From Octopus sinensis (taxonomy: Eukaryota): 64,000 nt of DNA. Within the stretch, counting starts at the first letter, position 1. Each line of letters begins with the position of its first letter. The position numbers and the translations under genes are program-made. The stretch is from NCBI RefSeq assembly GCF_006345805.1, contig NC_043015.1, positions 27,342,001-27,406,000 of the forward strand. Direction: 5' to 3'. Of the stretch, positions 52,800 through 64,000 are shown piece by piece. The notes below the pieces were generated by a model. The model had not been told where the DNA came from. It did not search any database and worked only from the letters and a program-made list of their open reading frames with translations.

Positions 52800-55700
52800 T
52801 CATCATCATCATCGTTTAGCATCTGCTTTCCATGCTGGCATGGGTTGGACGGTGCAACTGGGGTCTGGGAAGCCAGAAGGCTGCACCAGGCCCAGTCTGA
52901 TCTGTCAATGTTTCTACGGCTGGATGCCCTTCCTAACGCCAACCACTCTGTGAGTGTAGTGGGTGAATTTTACGTGCCATCGGCACAGGTGCCAGATGAG
53001 AATGGCCTACGGATGGTGCTTTTTACATGCCACCGGCACGGAGGCCAGGCAAGGCTGGCAACGGCCACGATCGGATGGTGCTTTTTACATCCCACCAGCA
53101 TGGAGGCCAGTCGGGATGGGGCTGGCAACGTTCGGATGGTTCTCTTACATGGCACCAGCGCTGGTATCACAGCTACAATTTCCATTGATGTTGATCGATT
53201 TCGATTCTCACTTGCCTCAACAGGTCTTCACATGTAGAGTTTTGTGTCCCAAGAAGGAAAGGTATGCATAAGTGGACTGGCTACATCCCAGGTAAAGGCC
53301 ACGGGTAATGGTCTCACTTGTCCTGCCAGGTCTTCTCACGCACAGCATACTTCCAAAGGTCTCGGTCTCTAGTCATTTCCTCGGTGAAACCTAAAGTCCG
53401 AAGGTCGTGCTTCACCACGAGAGGCCTTTTGTCACCAGCAGAGGAAGGAGTTCTCTGAACTTTGCCCAGGCTATTCTTACTCTAGCAGTTACACTTTCAG
53501 CACACCCACCCCCACTACTGACTTGGTCACCTAGGTAACCTTGAATGTGGCAGAAGTTGGTCTCTGTGCATTTTCAGTGTTTATTGCTCCTGAGCATCTG
53601 CCACATACAAAAACTATTTTCCTAGTTAGCCTTCCTTTGACATTGCTGCACCTCTTAGCTTACACTTGGTGCGAGTTTCTACCTACGCCTTTTCTACAGA
53701 TCGAGCAGGGCCATCTAACTGAAGGCATTTGTGATTTGTCTACCTTCCTACTTATTAGGACTTTGGTTTTAGCTAGGTTGATTCTAAGGCCCCAACCTCT
53801 ACCTTGAATTTTTCAGTGTACTCGTTGCCAACCCTCACCTTACTTACAGCGTCCCTGTACATGGCTCGCACAGCTCTCAGTAACCATTCATCTATCCCTA
53901 CTTTCCTCATTGACCACCAGATAAGGGATCTGAGACCCTGTCGAAGGCTTTCTCCATGTCAACGAAAGCCAGGTACAAGGGCTTATCTTTAGCTAGGTAT
54001 TTCTCCTGCAGCTGTCTTACCAGGAATATAGCATCAGTGGTACTTTTCCCTGGCACGAAACCAAACTGCATCTCATCTAAACTAACTCTCTCTCTAATTA
54101 GTTGAGCTATGACCCTCTCCGTAACCTTCATTACCTGATCCAACAGCTTGATATCCCTGTAATTATTTGTATCTAGGGTGTCACCCTTACCTTTGTAGCA
54201 GTTGACTATTAAGCTGCTACACCAATCATTGGGAATGACTCCTTCATGTATCACCTGGTTAACTATACGGATTACTAGGCTATAGCCGACACTACCAGAT
54301 ATTTTGAGCATCTCTGCAGTAATTCCTGATGGGCCTGGGGCTTTCCCTGTCTTCATGCGTCTAATTGCCTTAACTACCAAGGAACTGTCAACTCGGATAG
54401 CTGGACCCTCTGTTGGGTCAACATTCGGCAGACTCTTTATTCCATTCATTTTCTTTATTCAGCAACCTTTCATAGTGGCGTCTCCAAACCTCTCTCTTTG
54501 CATCCTCATTTAGCGCAAGTAAACCATCATCCATGCAAACACATTTCTCTCCTACCACATCACGATTCTCTCTCACACACTGTCTTGCAACACAAAATAC
54601 CTCAAGTCTTCCATCCTCACGGCACAGAACATTGGCAAATTTTTTCTTATCTGCTTCTCCTCTGGCTAAATACACCTGCCTCCTAGCTTCCCTTCTGGCA
54701 GTCTGATACACTTCCCTGCTACCACCGTTCTTCCAGTCCTTCCAAGCCTGTTTCTTTTGTCTAATAGCCCTGTCAACAATATTGTTCCACCACCATGCTA
54801 TTTTGGGTCTTGAGGGAACTTTGCACCAACCACAGATCTGGTCAGTGGCTCTCAGCAGGTTGTCCCTTAGAAACCTCCAGTTGTCTTCTACCCCATGTGA
54901 AGCTATATCCCCTTCTATTTCGTCAAAGGCTTCAAGTAATATGTCTCTAAATCTCTGTCCATTCGCAGGATCTTTAAGCTTCCAGACCCTTCTTCTCTAT
55001 GTTGGTCATCTTCTGGTCTTCCTCTTAGTCCTGATCCTAAAGTCACTAACTACCAGTCTATGTTGCGGGGTAAATTCTTCGCCTGGGAAGGTTTTGGCAT
55101 TTATAAGCAGCCATCTTTCCCTTTTTCTGGCAAGGATGTAGTCAATTTGGCTAGTATGTCGGCCCGATCGGTAGGTGACTAGGTGGCTGGTAGGTTTCCT
55201 GAAGTTAGCGTTGCAAACCATAAGATCATTCGCATCGCAGAACTCCAGCAACCTGGTTCCCTCCTCATTGCGGGAACCATAACTGTAGCCTCCATGTACG
55301 CCCCCAGCATGTTGTCCAACATGCCCATTGAAGTCACCAGCCACAAAGAGAAGGTCCCTGTCGTTCATCAACACGTTAGTCTGCAGTAGGGTGTCATAGA
55401 ATCGGTCTTTCTGTCCATAGGGTAGCCTTGGCTGAGGGGCATAGGCTGATATAATGGTCGCTAATGAAGCACTAATCTAATCTTAAGTATTCTGTCACAT
55501 ACTCTGACTACCTCAATTACCTTATCTACCCATTTCTCAGCAAGAAGTATACCCACACCCCCGACCCCGTCAGTGTTCCCAGCCCAGAAAATCTTGTACC
55601 TGTGTTCTTTGCCTGTGAGGAACCTAGCAGAACCTCCTCTCCACCTCACTTCTTGAATGCAGCACATATCAACACATCTCCATTCAAGCAAATCAACAAT

Positions 55701-56230
55701 CTCGCCAGACCTACCTTTCAGTGTGCCAACGTTGAGGATGTGGGAGGTATAGGCTCTAGACACCTTGGGACAGGGGACAGTAGCTTCATGTACCTGAAAA
55801 GAAAACTCGCATTTGGCAGGATTCATAGACAAACAATAGACTTAAGTTCAAACCGCGTACACTACACTATCATATTTTGCAATGTATGATCACTACCTTA
55901 TATAGCAGGGGTGGGGGTGGCGTAAGACTTTTGAAGTGTACATGGGAGATAACCAAGGATGACAAAATTGAGACTTCCTGTAAAGGTGCAGTGGGTGGGA
56001 GGGCGGGTGTACCGTGAAAAGAGATAGGAAGACAGACAGTGTGAAGAGATAGAGATAGAGAAAAACATAGTGAGACAGAGAGGGGGGGTCGTGACCCGCG
56101 AAAACTAGCAGCCATGAAGGGGCGCCTCTCATCTCTTGGAAAAGGAATATTTCGTTGTAGGTATTAAGAGACATGATTGAGAGAGAGATATGTTGCAGAT
56201 TTAGGGGAGATGCGTGAGCTAAATTTATCT
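52800..56230 (-). mobile_element. RTE LINE, near full-length (5' UTR, APE, RT, 3' UTR) with internal deletions
   Basis: APE ORFs 55461-55832 (LNVGTL, CIQEVRW) and 55006-55374 (GDFNGHVG, SQIDYIL). RT ORF 53907-54449. 3' tail at 52800. The 5' boundary is approximate. Confidence 0.9.
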
Positions 56231-56269
56231 TAGACATCGATAAGTAAGAGGAACTATAGAATTATATAT

Positions 56270-56500
56270 ATTTCTTTACTGCCCACAAGGGGCTAAACAT
56301 AGAGGGGACAAACAAGGACAGACGAACGGATTAAGTCGATTACATCGACCCCAGTGCGAAACTGGTACTTTATTTATCGACCCCGAAAGGGTGAAAGGCA
56401 AAGTCGACCTCGGCGGAATTTGAACTCAGAACATAGCAGCAGACGAAATACCGCTGAACATTTCGCCCGGCGCGCTAACATTTCTGCCAGCTCATCGCCT
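56270..56500 (-). mobile_element. tRNA-head SINE with Meta-like core (family C)
   Basis: Minus strand has GGCGATGAGCTGGCAGAAATGTTAG...GAGTTCAAATTCC (B-box) then GAGGTCGACTTTGCCTTTCACCCTTTCGGGGTCGATAAATAAAGTACCAG. Confidence 0.78.
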
Positions 56501-56814
56501 ATATTATTATATATATTTAACACGAGACATGAGGCTGAAATAGACAGAGCAAAACAGAACAGAGATAAGCTAAAAAGGTTAAAAAATTGCGCAGAAATAA
56601 TACTAGGTAGTTAACAGGTTGAATTTAAAGAAATGCTTATCTGTGGTTCATCTTTTCCGTTCGTAGTTTACAGCAAAAGCCTTGAATCGAAAATGGGGGA
56701 GCTATAATGCATGCGTTAGTTTATATAGGGTGGTGGTGGAGGGGATGTAGGAAGTCCTGTCGAGTGATAATCGAAAGAGATAGGGAGACAGACAGATAGA
56801 GATAGAGAAAAACA

Positions 56815-58740
56815 TAGCTATCTCTATCTCTTCACACTGTCTGTCTCCCTATTGGGCATGTCAGATGGCAATCCAGTATTTTCCATGGTGTTCACGGGGG
56901 CCCTGGAATTAGTTCCAAAAACAAAGAGGGAACTAGGCTACTAGTTCTCTGGTGCCTGCAACCTATTAATCTGCAACACTAAGTTCAGGAAGCCAGACAG
57001 CCACCTGATAACCTATCAATCAGGCAACTTTGCTAGCCAGATTGATTTCATCCTCACCAGACAGCAGGATGCAGGGTTGCTCTTAAATACAAAGACCCTC
57101 CCTGGTGAAGAATGTACCCCCCAGCATAGACTAGTTATTAGTGATTTTAGACTCGAGGCCAGAAGGATGCCAAGAAGCAGAACAATCCAGAAAAGAAGGA
57201 TTTGGAAGCTTAAGAACCCTTCACATGGTCAGAGATTTAAGGACATCCTCACTGAGAAATTTGATGAGAGGTAGGAGGAGCTACAGATTTTGGACATAGA
57301 GGGTAACTGGAAATTCCTATGGGACAGCTTACTGAGTGCCACAGACCAAATATGTGGCTGGTGCAAAGTCCCTTCCAGACCTTGAGTAAGGTGGTCATGG
57401 AATACGGTAGTCAAGGCCATTAGAGGAAAAAAACAGGAAGAGTGGGGGTAGCAGGGAACTGTACCGGATAACCACAAGGGAGGCTGGGCAACAGGTATAC
57501 ATAGCAAAGAGAGAAGGAGAAACGAAGAAGTATGCCAATGTTCAGCGACGTGAGGACCAACAAACTGAAGTATTTCAGATTGCAAGACAGTGTGTGAGAG
57601 AAAAATGTGATGTCACAGGAGAGAAATGTGTCTGCATGGATGACGGTACACTTGCTTTTAATGATTCTGAAAAGAAAGAGGCTTAGAGAAGCTATTATGA
57701 AAGGCTGCTAAATGTGGAGAATGAATGGGAGGAGGAAAGCCTGCCAAATGTTGACCCAGCAGAGGGACCAGCACCCTGGTAGATAAAGCAATTAAGGATA
57801 TGAAGTCAGGAAAAGTCCCCGGCCCATCAGGAATCACTGCTGAGATGTTTAAAATATCTGGTGATGTCGGTCATGGCCTAGTTAACCATATTGTAAACCA
57901 GGTAGCTCATGAAGGAATCATACCCAATGACTGGCACAGCAGCACCATAGTCAAGTGCTACAAAGGTAAAGGTGATGCTTTAGATAGAAATAACTACAGG
58001 GGATTCAAAGATCAGGTGATGAAGGTCACGGAGAGGGTCATAGCCCAACTAATTAGGGAGAGAGCCTGCTTGGATGAGATGTAGTTTGGTTTTGTGCCAG
58101 GGAGAAGCACCACTGATGCTATATTCCTGGTACAGCAACTGCTGGAGAAATACCTAGCCAAAGATAAGCCCATATACTTGGCTTTTGTTGACTTGCAGAA
58201 AGCCTTTGACAGGGTCCTCCGATCCCCTATCTGGCGAGTGATGTGGAAACTGAGGATTGAAGAGTGGTTAATAAGAGCTGTACAGGCCTTATACAGTGAT
58301 GCCGTTAGTAAGGTAAGGGTCGGCAATAAGTATAGTGAAGAATTCCAGGTAGAAGTAGGGGTTCACCAAGTTTCAGCCTTCAGTCCCCTATTATTCATCA
58401 TAGTCCTCCAGGCAATAACAGAGGAATTCAAGACGGGCTGCCCCTGGGGGCTCCTCTATGCTGATGACCTTGCTCTCATAGCAGAATCACTACCAAAACT
58501 AGAGAAGAAATTTCAGGTGTGGAAGCAAGGTTTAGAATCAATGTTGCAAAAACCAAAGTTCAAGTAAGTAGGAAGGCGAACACATCACAAACCCCTTCAG
58601 GTAGATGGTCCTGCTTGATCTGTAGAAAAGGTGTAGGTAGAAACACCATAAGATGTACCCAGTGTAAGCTATGGATGCATATGAGGTGCAGCAACATTAA
58701 AGTAAGGTTAACCAGGAATATAGCTTTTGTATGCGGCAGC
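56815..58740 (+). mobile_element. Degenerate RTE LINE
   Basis: ORFs 57077-57274, 57800-58084, 58094-58567 (LLYADD) and 58519-58791 (PHD remnant). Confidence 0.88.
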
Positions 58741-59445
58741 ATATCAAGAAGTGATGCAGTACGACCATTTCAAGCGACTCCATTTAATTGAACAGAAACA
58801 AGAAACATAGGAAAGTCCAAAGGAAAAGGAAGAAGGAGGGAAAAAAATTACCAACAGTCGACAGGTAGTTACATTTTGGAATGACCAGAAGTAGAAGAAC
58901 TAAGAGAAAGTGCTTTCTGGGACAGGGGAATGTGAGGACCAGTTGATATCTGTGTATATGTGCACGCACGCACAGGTGTGTGTAGTGGCTTGTGTTTGTG
59001 TGTGTGCATGATAGCATGTGTGCGTGTGATGGTAACTGTGTGTGGTATTAACTGTTCACATATGTTTGTGTTTGTGTGAGTAGTCCGTGTGTGTATGTTA
59101 ATGTCATAGTGAGAGGTCAGCACCTATAATAAAAGGTATGTGTATGGGTGGATAGGTGTGTAAATGGAATAGTCAATAGTGAGTGGGGGCAATCTGAAAT
59201 GTGAGTGTGTGTACCTATCTCTGTGCCATTCTGTTGTTCCCTCTCTCAGTATATGTGTGCCTTGTGTGTGTGTGTATATATATATATATCAAAATAAGCA
59301 ACAGGATATCAAGAAGTGATGCAGTATGACCGTTTCAAGCAACTCCATTTAATTGAACAATGCAATCATTACATCAATTTAAATGCAGTGCTATAATCAG
59401 CTGCACAAATAAATAGAATTTTAACCAGTTGGACACATTGATTGA
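58741..59445 (-). mobile_element. pLTR/retrozyme-like non-coding element with repeated hammerhead half
   Basis: 58741-58794 is a direct repeat of about 59306-59358. Long-loop hammerhead-like motif at 59320-59405. Confidence 0.55.
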
Positions 59446-59491
59446 TTCTAGTTTCAGCTTGTGAGCTGTGGCCATGCTGGGGCACCGCCAT
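59446..59491 (-). mobile_element. About 45-bp 3' tip of the CR1/L2-group LINE
   Basis: Reverse complement of about 1707-1757. Confidence 0.85.
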
Positions 59492-59658
59492 ATATATATT
59501 AATATAATTTTTTTCAAATACTTTAAAAGAGCAAGAAGATGGAAGAAATTCATGTTATATATAATATACCTACATATGCAAGTACATGTAACTAGGTTTT
59601 TTAGTACGTACAGGTAACACACAAACACACACATATATATATATATAGTATATTAAGC

Positions 59659-59748
59659 TTATCACTCCTGTGTGTGTGTGTGTATGCATACATTCGCATA
59701 CACATATATACCCGAACACATTTACACACACACGTGAGTATGTATGTG

Positions 59749-59781
<33 letters not shown>

Positions 59782-59856
59782 GTGTGTGCGTGTGTGTAAA
59801 TGTGTTCGGGTATATATGTGTATGCGAGTGTATGCACACACACACAGGAGTGATAA
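59659..59856. repeat. About 200-bp palindrome centred on a (TA)n run
   Basis: TTATCACTCCTGTG...TACCCGAACACATTTAC pairs with GTAAATGTGTTCGGGTA...CACAGGAGTGATAA. Confidence 0.88.
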
Positions 59857-60096
59857 CATGCCATCTGGTTTGACAGCGAGCGAGTCTGTACTTGATGCTC
59901 GAAATAGCAGCCAAATCTCCCCCTCATTCAACTGACTTGAAAAGAAAGGGGTAAATTAATGTAGTCCTAGCTACAAAATGACCAAAAGGAAAACGATGAG
60001 GGTGGTCAGTCAGAGTCGGAACACCTTTACATGTAGGACTGTTCTGTCAGGATAGTCCTCCAGTTAAACAACAACCACGACAACAGCAAATTTTCG

Positions 60097-62980
60097 GTAC
60101 TTGTCTATTGTCGTGGTCCCGGTTTCTCACACGCGAGTTCGCGCGCGCGCGCGCACCAGACATAGGTACTCGATACTCGAGATCCTACGAGGTGACTTGC
60201 GCATGCGCAGTGCGATTCGCGCATGCGCGTTAAACCCCCCCCCTAAAAAAAAGGTGTTGGATTTCACTAAAAATATATGTGTTGTGTGTGTGTGTGGTGT
60301 GTTATATAACATTTTCAATTTACACAAAAAAATACATAGTCGCTTTCCTCGCGGATTAAGATAAATGAATTAATTACTATTTTACAGAATAAAATTAATG
60401 AATTAATTATATAAATTAATAATTCTTGAAAATTAATTTATTAATAATATTTTTTGAACAAAGTAAATAATTTAATAAAACTTGGTTAATAATTTTTTTT
60501 ACACAAACGCGAACGTATATAATTTGTGAAACTTTTTTTTTTTTTACAGACGTATATAATTTGGTAAACTTAATGAATTAATTTCTTCTCATCATCATCA
60601 TCGTTTAACGTCCGTTCTCCATGCCAGCATGGTTGGACGGTTCGACCGGGGATCTGGGAAGCCAGAAGGCTGCACCAGACTCCAGTCTTATCTGGCAATG
60701 TTTCTACAGCTGATGCCCTTCCTAACGCCAACCACTCCGAGAGTGTAGTGGGGGCTTTTTACATGCCACCCGCACAGGTGCCAGGAGAGGCTGGCAACGG
60801 CCACGGTCGGATTGGTGCCAGTCGAGGCGGCTCTGGCATCGGCCACGATTCGGATAGTGCTTTTACGTACCACAGTCCAGGGGTCCTGGCATTTGCGGGT
60901 GCCACCACTTGCCCCAACATGTCTTCGCAAGCAAAGGGGGTTGGCGTGGGTGCCTGTCATGGGAGGAGGTTCGATATCAACTTCGCTTGCCTCAACAGGT
61001 CTTTGTGTATAAATGTATAAATTTTTCGCACTAAATTCTGTCCGTAGAATTTATCAAAAAACGCACAAAATTATTCCGTAGAATTTTCAAATTAAAAAAC
61101 GCAAAATTAATATATTTTTGAAATTGCAAATTATTTAGAATATAAAAAAAATGAAGTTAAATTTTAAAATAAATGTCATATACTTATACTCTGTAAGGTG
61201 CTGTGTTCACACTTCAATTTACTTTTCTAGAAATGTTGCTTTTCTAATTGAAACAATTTTTCTCAATCTCCATTTAAAAGTCCATAATGCCTCTTGAGCC
61301 ATATCAAAATGAACAACTTTGAATTACGCGGCGGCGGTGGTGGTGTGAGGTTCTAATTTTTTTTCTGATCTCTCTTTGCCCCCTCTTTATCTCAGTTGTT
61401 CATTCCGCTAGATTAGAAAAAAATTTTCGCGCCCAATTTTTATTGTCGCGGGAAAAGATGAACGATTAAAATAAATATATCTTAATTGTAGTGTGACGAT
61501 AAAGTATATATTTCTGATGACAAAATAATATTATCTTTTTCAAAAACATCCCAAATTTACACACTAGATATATCGTGTAGGTTTAAGAAATATATATATA
61601 TATCTTATCATATATATATATATAAATATAAGAGAATGAAAATCTTTCATCTGTCTCCCCACCACACCTCCATTAGGGGGCAAAGAGAGATCAGAAAAAA
61701 AATTAGAACCTCACACCACCACCACCACCGCCGCCGCGTAATTCAAAGTTGTTCATTTGATATGTCTCAAGAGGCATTATGGACTTTTAAATGGAGATTG
61801 AGAAAAATTGTTTCAATTAGAAAAGCAACATTTCTAGAAAATAGTAAATTGAAGTGTGAACACAGCACCTTACAGAGTATAAGTATATGACATTTATTTT
61901 TAAATTTAACTTCATTTGTTTTATATTCTAAATAATTTGCAATTTCAAAAAATATATTAATTTTGCGTTTTTTAATTTGATAAATTCTACGGAATAATTT
62001 TGGCGTTTTTGATAAATTCTACGGAAAGAATTTAGTGCGAAAAATTTATACATTTATACACAAAGACCTGTTGAGGCAAGCGAAGTTGATATCGAACCTC
62101 ATCCACGACAGGCACCCACGCCAACCCCCTTTGCTTGCGCGAAGACATGTTGGGGCAAGTGTGGCACCCGGCAAATGCCAGGACCCTGGACTGGTGGTAC
62201 GTAAAAAGCACTATCCGAATCGTGGCCGATGCCAGAGCCGCCTCGACTGGCACCAATCCGACCGTGGCCGTTGCCAGCCTCTCCTGGCACCTGTGCGGGT
62301 GGCATGTAAAAAGCACCCACTACACTCTCGGAGTGGTTGGCGTTAGGAAGGGCATCCAGCTGTAGAAACATTGCCAGATAAGACTGGAGTCTGGTGCAGC
62401 CTTCTGGCTTCCCAGATCCCCGGTCGAACCGTCCAACCCATGCTGGCATGGAGAACGGACGTTAAACGAGATGATGATGAGAGAAGAAATTAATTCATTA
62501 AGTTTACCAAATTATATACGTCTGTAAAAAAAAAAAAGTTTCACAAATTATATACGTTCGCGTTTGTGTAAAAAAAATTATTAACCAAGTTTTATAAATT
62601 ATTTACTTTGTTCAAAAAATATTATTAATATTAATTAATTTTCAAGAATTATTTAATTATTATAATTAATTCATTAATTTTATTCTGTAAAATAGTAATT
62701 AATTCATTTATCTGTAAATCCGCGAGGAAAGCGACTATGTAATTTTTTTGTGTAAAATTGAAAATGTTATATATACACACACACACCACACACACACACA
62801 AATATTTTAGTGAAATCCAACACCTTTTTTTAGGGGGGGGGGTTAACGCGCATGCGCGAATTCTGCACTGCGCATGCGCAAGTCACCTCGTAGGATCTCG
62901 AGTATCGAGTACCTACGTCTGGTGCGCGCGCGCGCGAATTCGCGTGTGAGAAACCGGGACCACGACAATAGACAAGTACC
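60097..62980. repeat. Large inverted duplication: about 1.3-kb arms (60097-61384 / 61676-62980), about 290-bp spacer
   Basis: Colinear reverse-complement match throughout. Each arm contains the same RTE 3' UTR fragment (about 60590-61010 minus and about 62055-62480 plus). Differences are mostly single-base indels. Confidence 0.93.
62847..62880. promoter_or_regulatory. Tandem NRF-1-type palindromic motifs in a CpG-rich patch (mirrored at 60198-60229)
   Basis: CGCGCATGCGCG (62847-62858) and TGCGCATGCGCA (62869-62880) match YGCGCAYGCGCR. Function is inferred. Confidence 0.5.
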
Positions 62981-63045
62981 AAATTTTCTTTTATCAAAAG
63001 TAATGGAAATAAAAAACAAAAACGAGTAGTAATCCTTGAACTCAC

Positions 63046-63348
63046 CAAGGGAGTATAACCAGACGTATCCGTGGCATTGGCCGTACAACCATATCGCTGT
63101 TTCTCTAGTTTACGCCGAACCCCTTCAATGTCCCCAGTCACAGCATCATTCCATAAACCTCTTTCGAAATCTAATTCTGGTAAAGTTTGATGTAACGAAG
63201 GTTGTAACGACTGACTCTGGCAACACACATGGTTTTCGGCACTTGATAACCTTTGAAAGTTACTGTTATTACTATTAACAGTGGTGGAACTAGTTTTACT
63301 GTTGTTTGTGTTGTTTTGTAAACAATTGCAGGAGTGGAAGTTGTTCAT
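63046..63348 (-). CDS. ANKRD39: First coding exon (101 codons) of ankyrin repeat domain-containing protein 39-like
   Basis: SLHQTLPELDFERGLWNDAVTGDIEGVRRKL...DTSGYTPL resembles the ANKRD39 N-terminus ([21 protein letters not shown]...DSAGYTAL, from memory). Phase-0 donor TTG|GTGAGT at 63046/63045. Confidence 0.85.
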
Positions 63349-64000
63349 GTTGGTCTACAGACACCGTCTTAATGGGCGGTGTTCAATGAATTATGCTTCT
63401 TAAGACATTTTCATCCGACTGTCGCTTTTAAAGAAGTGGAAATAGTGATTAATTTTTGTTGTGTTTGTGATTGTGCTTTTATTTTTCTCTCTAAATTTAA
63501 CATTTGAAGTTCAAATAAGCTAATCAATCTCTTTGCGATAGCTCGATCTACTAGAAATACAAACTGTATCTCTCTAATATTGTATGTCCTCTGAAATGCG
63601 ATAGAGACAACCTTACAAAAGTAAGGACATTATGTGATAAGGTGAAAACACGGATTAACCACGGTTAGACTTAGATCGTAGATTTGCTCGATCAAGAATA
63701 ACCCAGGATTAAAAGGCAACAAGGACTGCGTGATGTAACTTATGTTAAATAGCAACAAGCGAAGTTACGGACCGCCCCTCTCTCTCTCTCTCTCTCCCTC
63801 CCTCTAGATAGACAGACAGATAGATAGACAATAACGTCTCGTTATTTAGTGAGATGAAAAACCTCGATTAACTAAGTCGCAAATAAACCTGCGTGTGTGT
63901 TGTGTGTGCGCGCGTGGAAAGACGACTGAGAGAAGAAGTGAATATTTGAATGAACGGATCTTTTCCTTTTGAACGGCACTTTGTAACATAATTTCTAGGT

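Noticed and set aside
55785-55810. Strong splice-acceptor-like TTTCTTTTCAG|GTAC before the RTE APE (also about 17635-17655)
   Set aside because: Both copies have an in-frame ATG a few codons upstream (M-x-x-AKC-x-x-SFQVH), so it is ordinary coding sequence.
56283-56500. tRNA-like A/B boxes as possible tRNA genes (also 11330-11410)
   Set aside because: No cloverleaf, and they continue into SINE core and tail.
56779-56852. Small hairpin at the 5' end of the plus-strand RTE
   Set aside because: Explained as a short inverted piece of the RTE 5' UTR (compare 56021-56070), a common junction feature.

Overview
This is an AT-rich animal genomic window that is almost entirely repeats, with one 100-N scaffold gap at 8827-8926. 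The repeat repertoire and microsatellite load suggest an octopus or other coleoid cephalopod; that is an inference. The only recognisable host coding sequence is the first coding exon of an ANKRD39-like ankyrin gene on the minus strand (63046-63348, ending at a GTGAGT donor). No further exon was recognised, so most of the window may be one large intron. Repeats seen: three copies of a CR1/L2-group LINE embedded in (TA)n tracts; many RTE-clade LINE copies with a PHD finger inside the RT and a minisatellite in the 3' UTR; a BovB-like RTE; a Penelope-like element (RT plus GIY-YIG); four Helitron copies or fragments; and several SINE families. Two unexpected patterns stand out. First, about nine hammerhead-ribozyme motifs lie in at least seven different short Penelope-pLTR or retrozyme-like elements beside (TA)n tracts, including a 333-bp palindrome carrying two motif-complete hammerheads on opposite strands (39285-39617). 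Second, six inverted duplications are present, the largest a 2.9-kb palindrome ending about 65 bp from the ANKRD39 splice donor and duplicating an NRF-1-motif CpG patch. All alignments and folds were done by eye, and boundaries of degenerate repeats are approximate.
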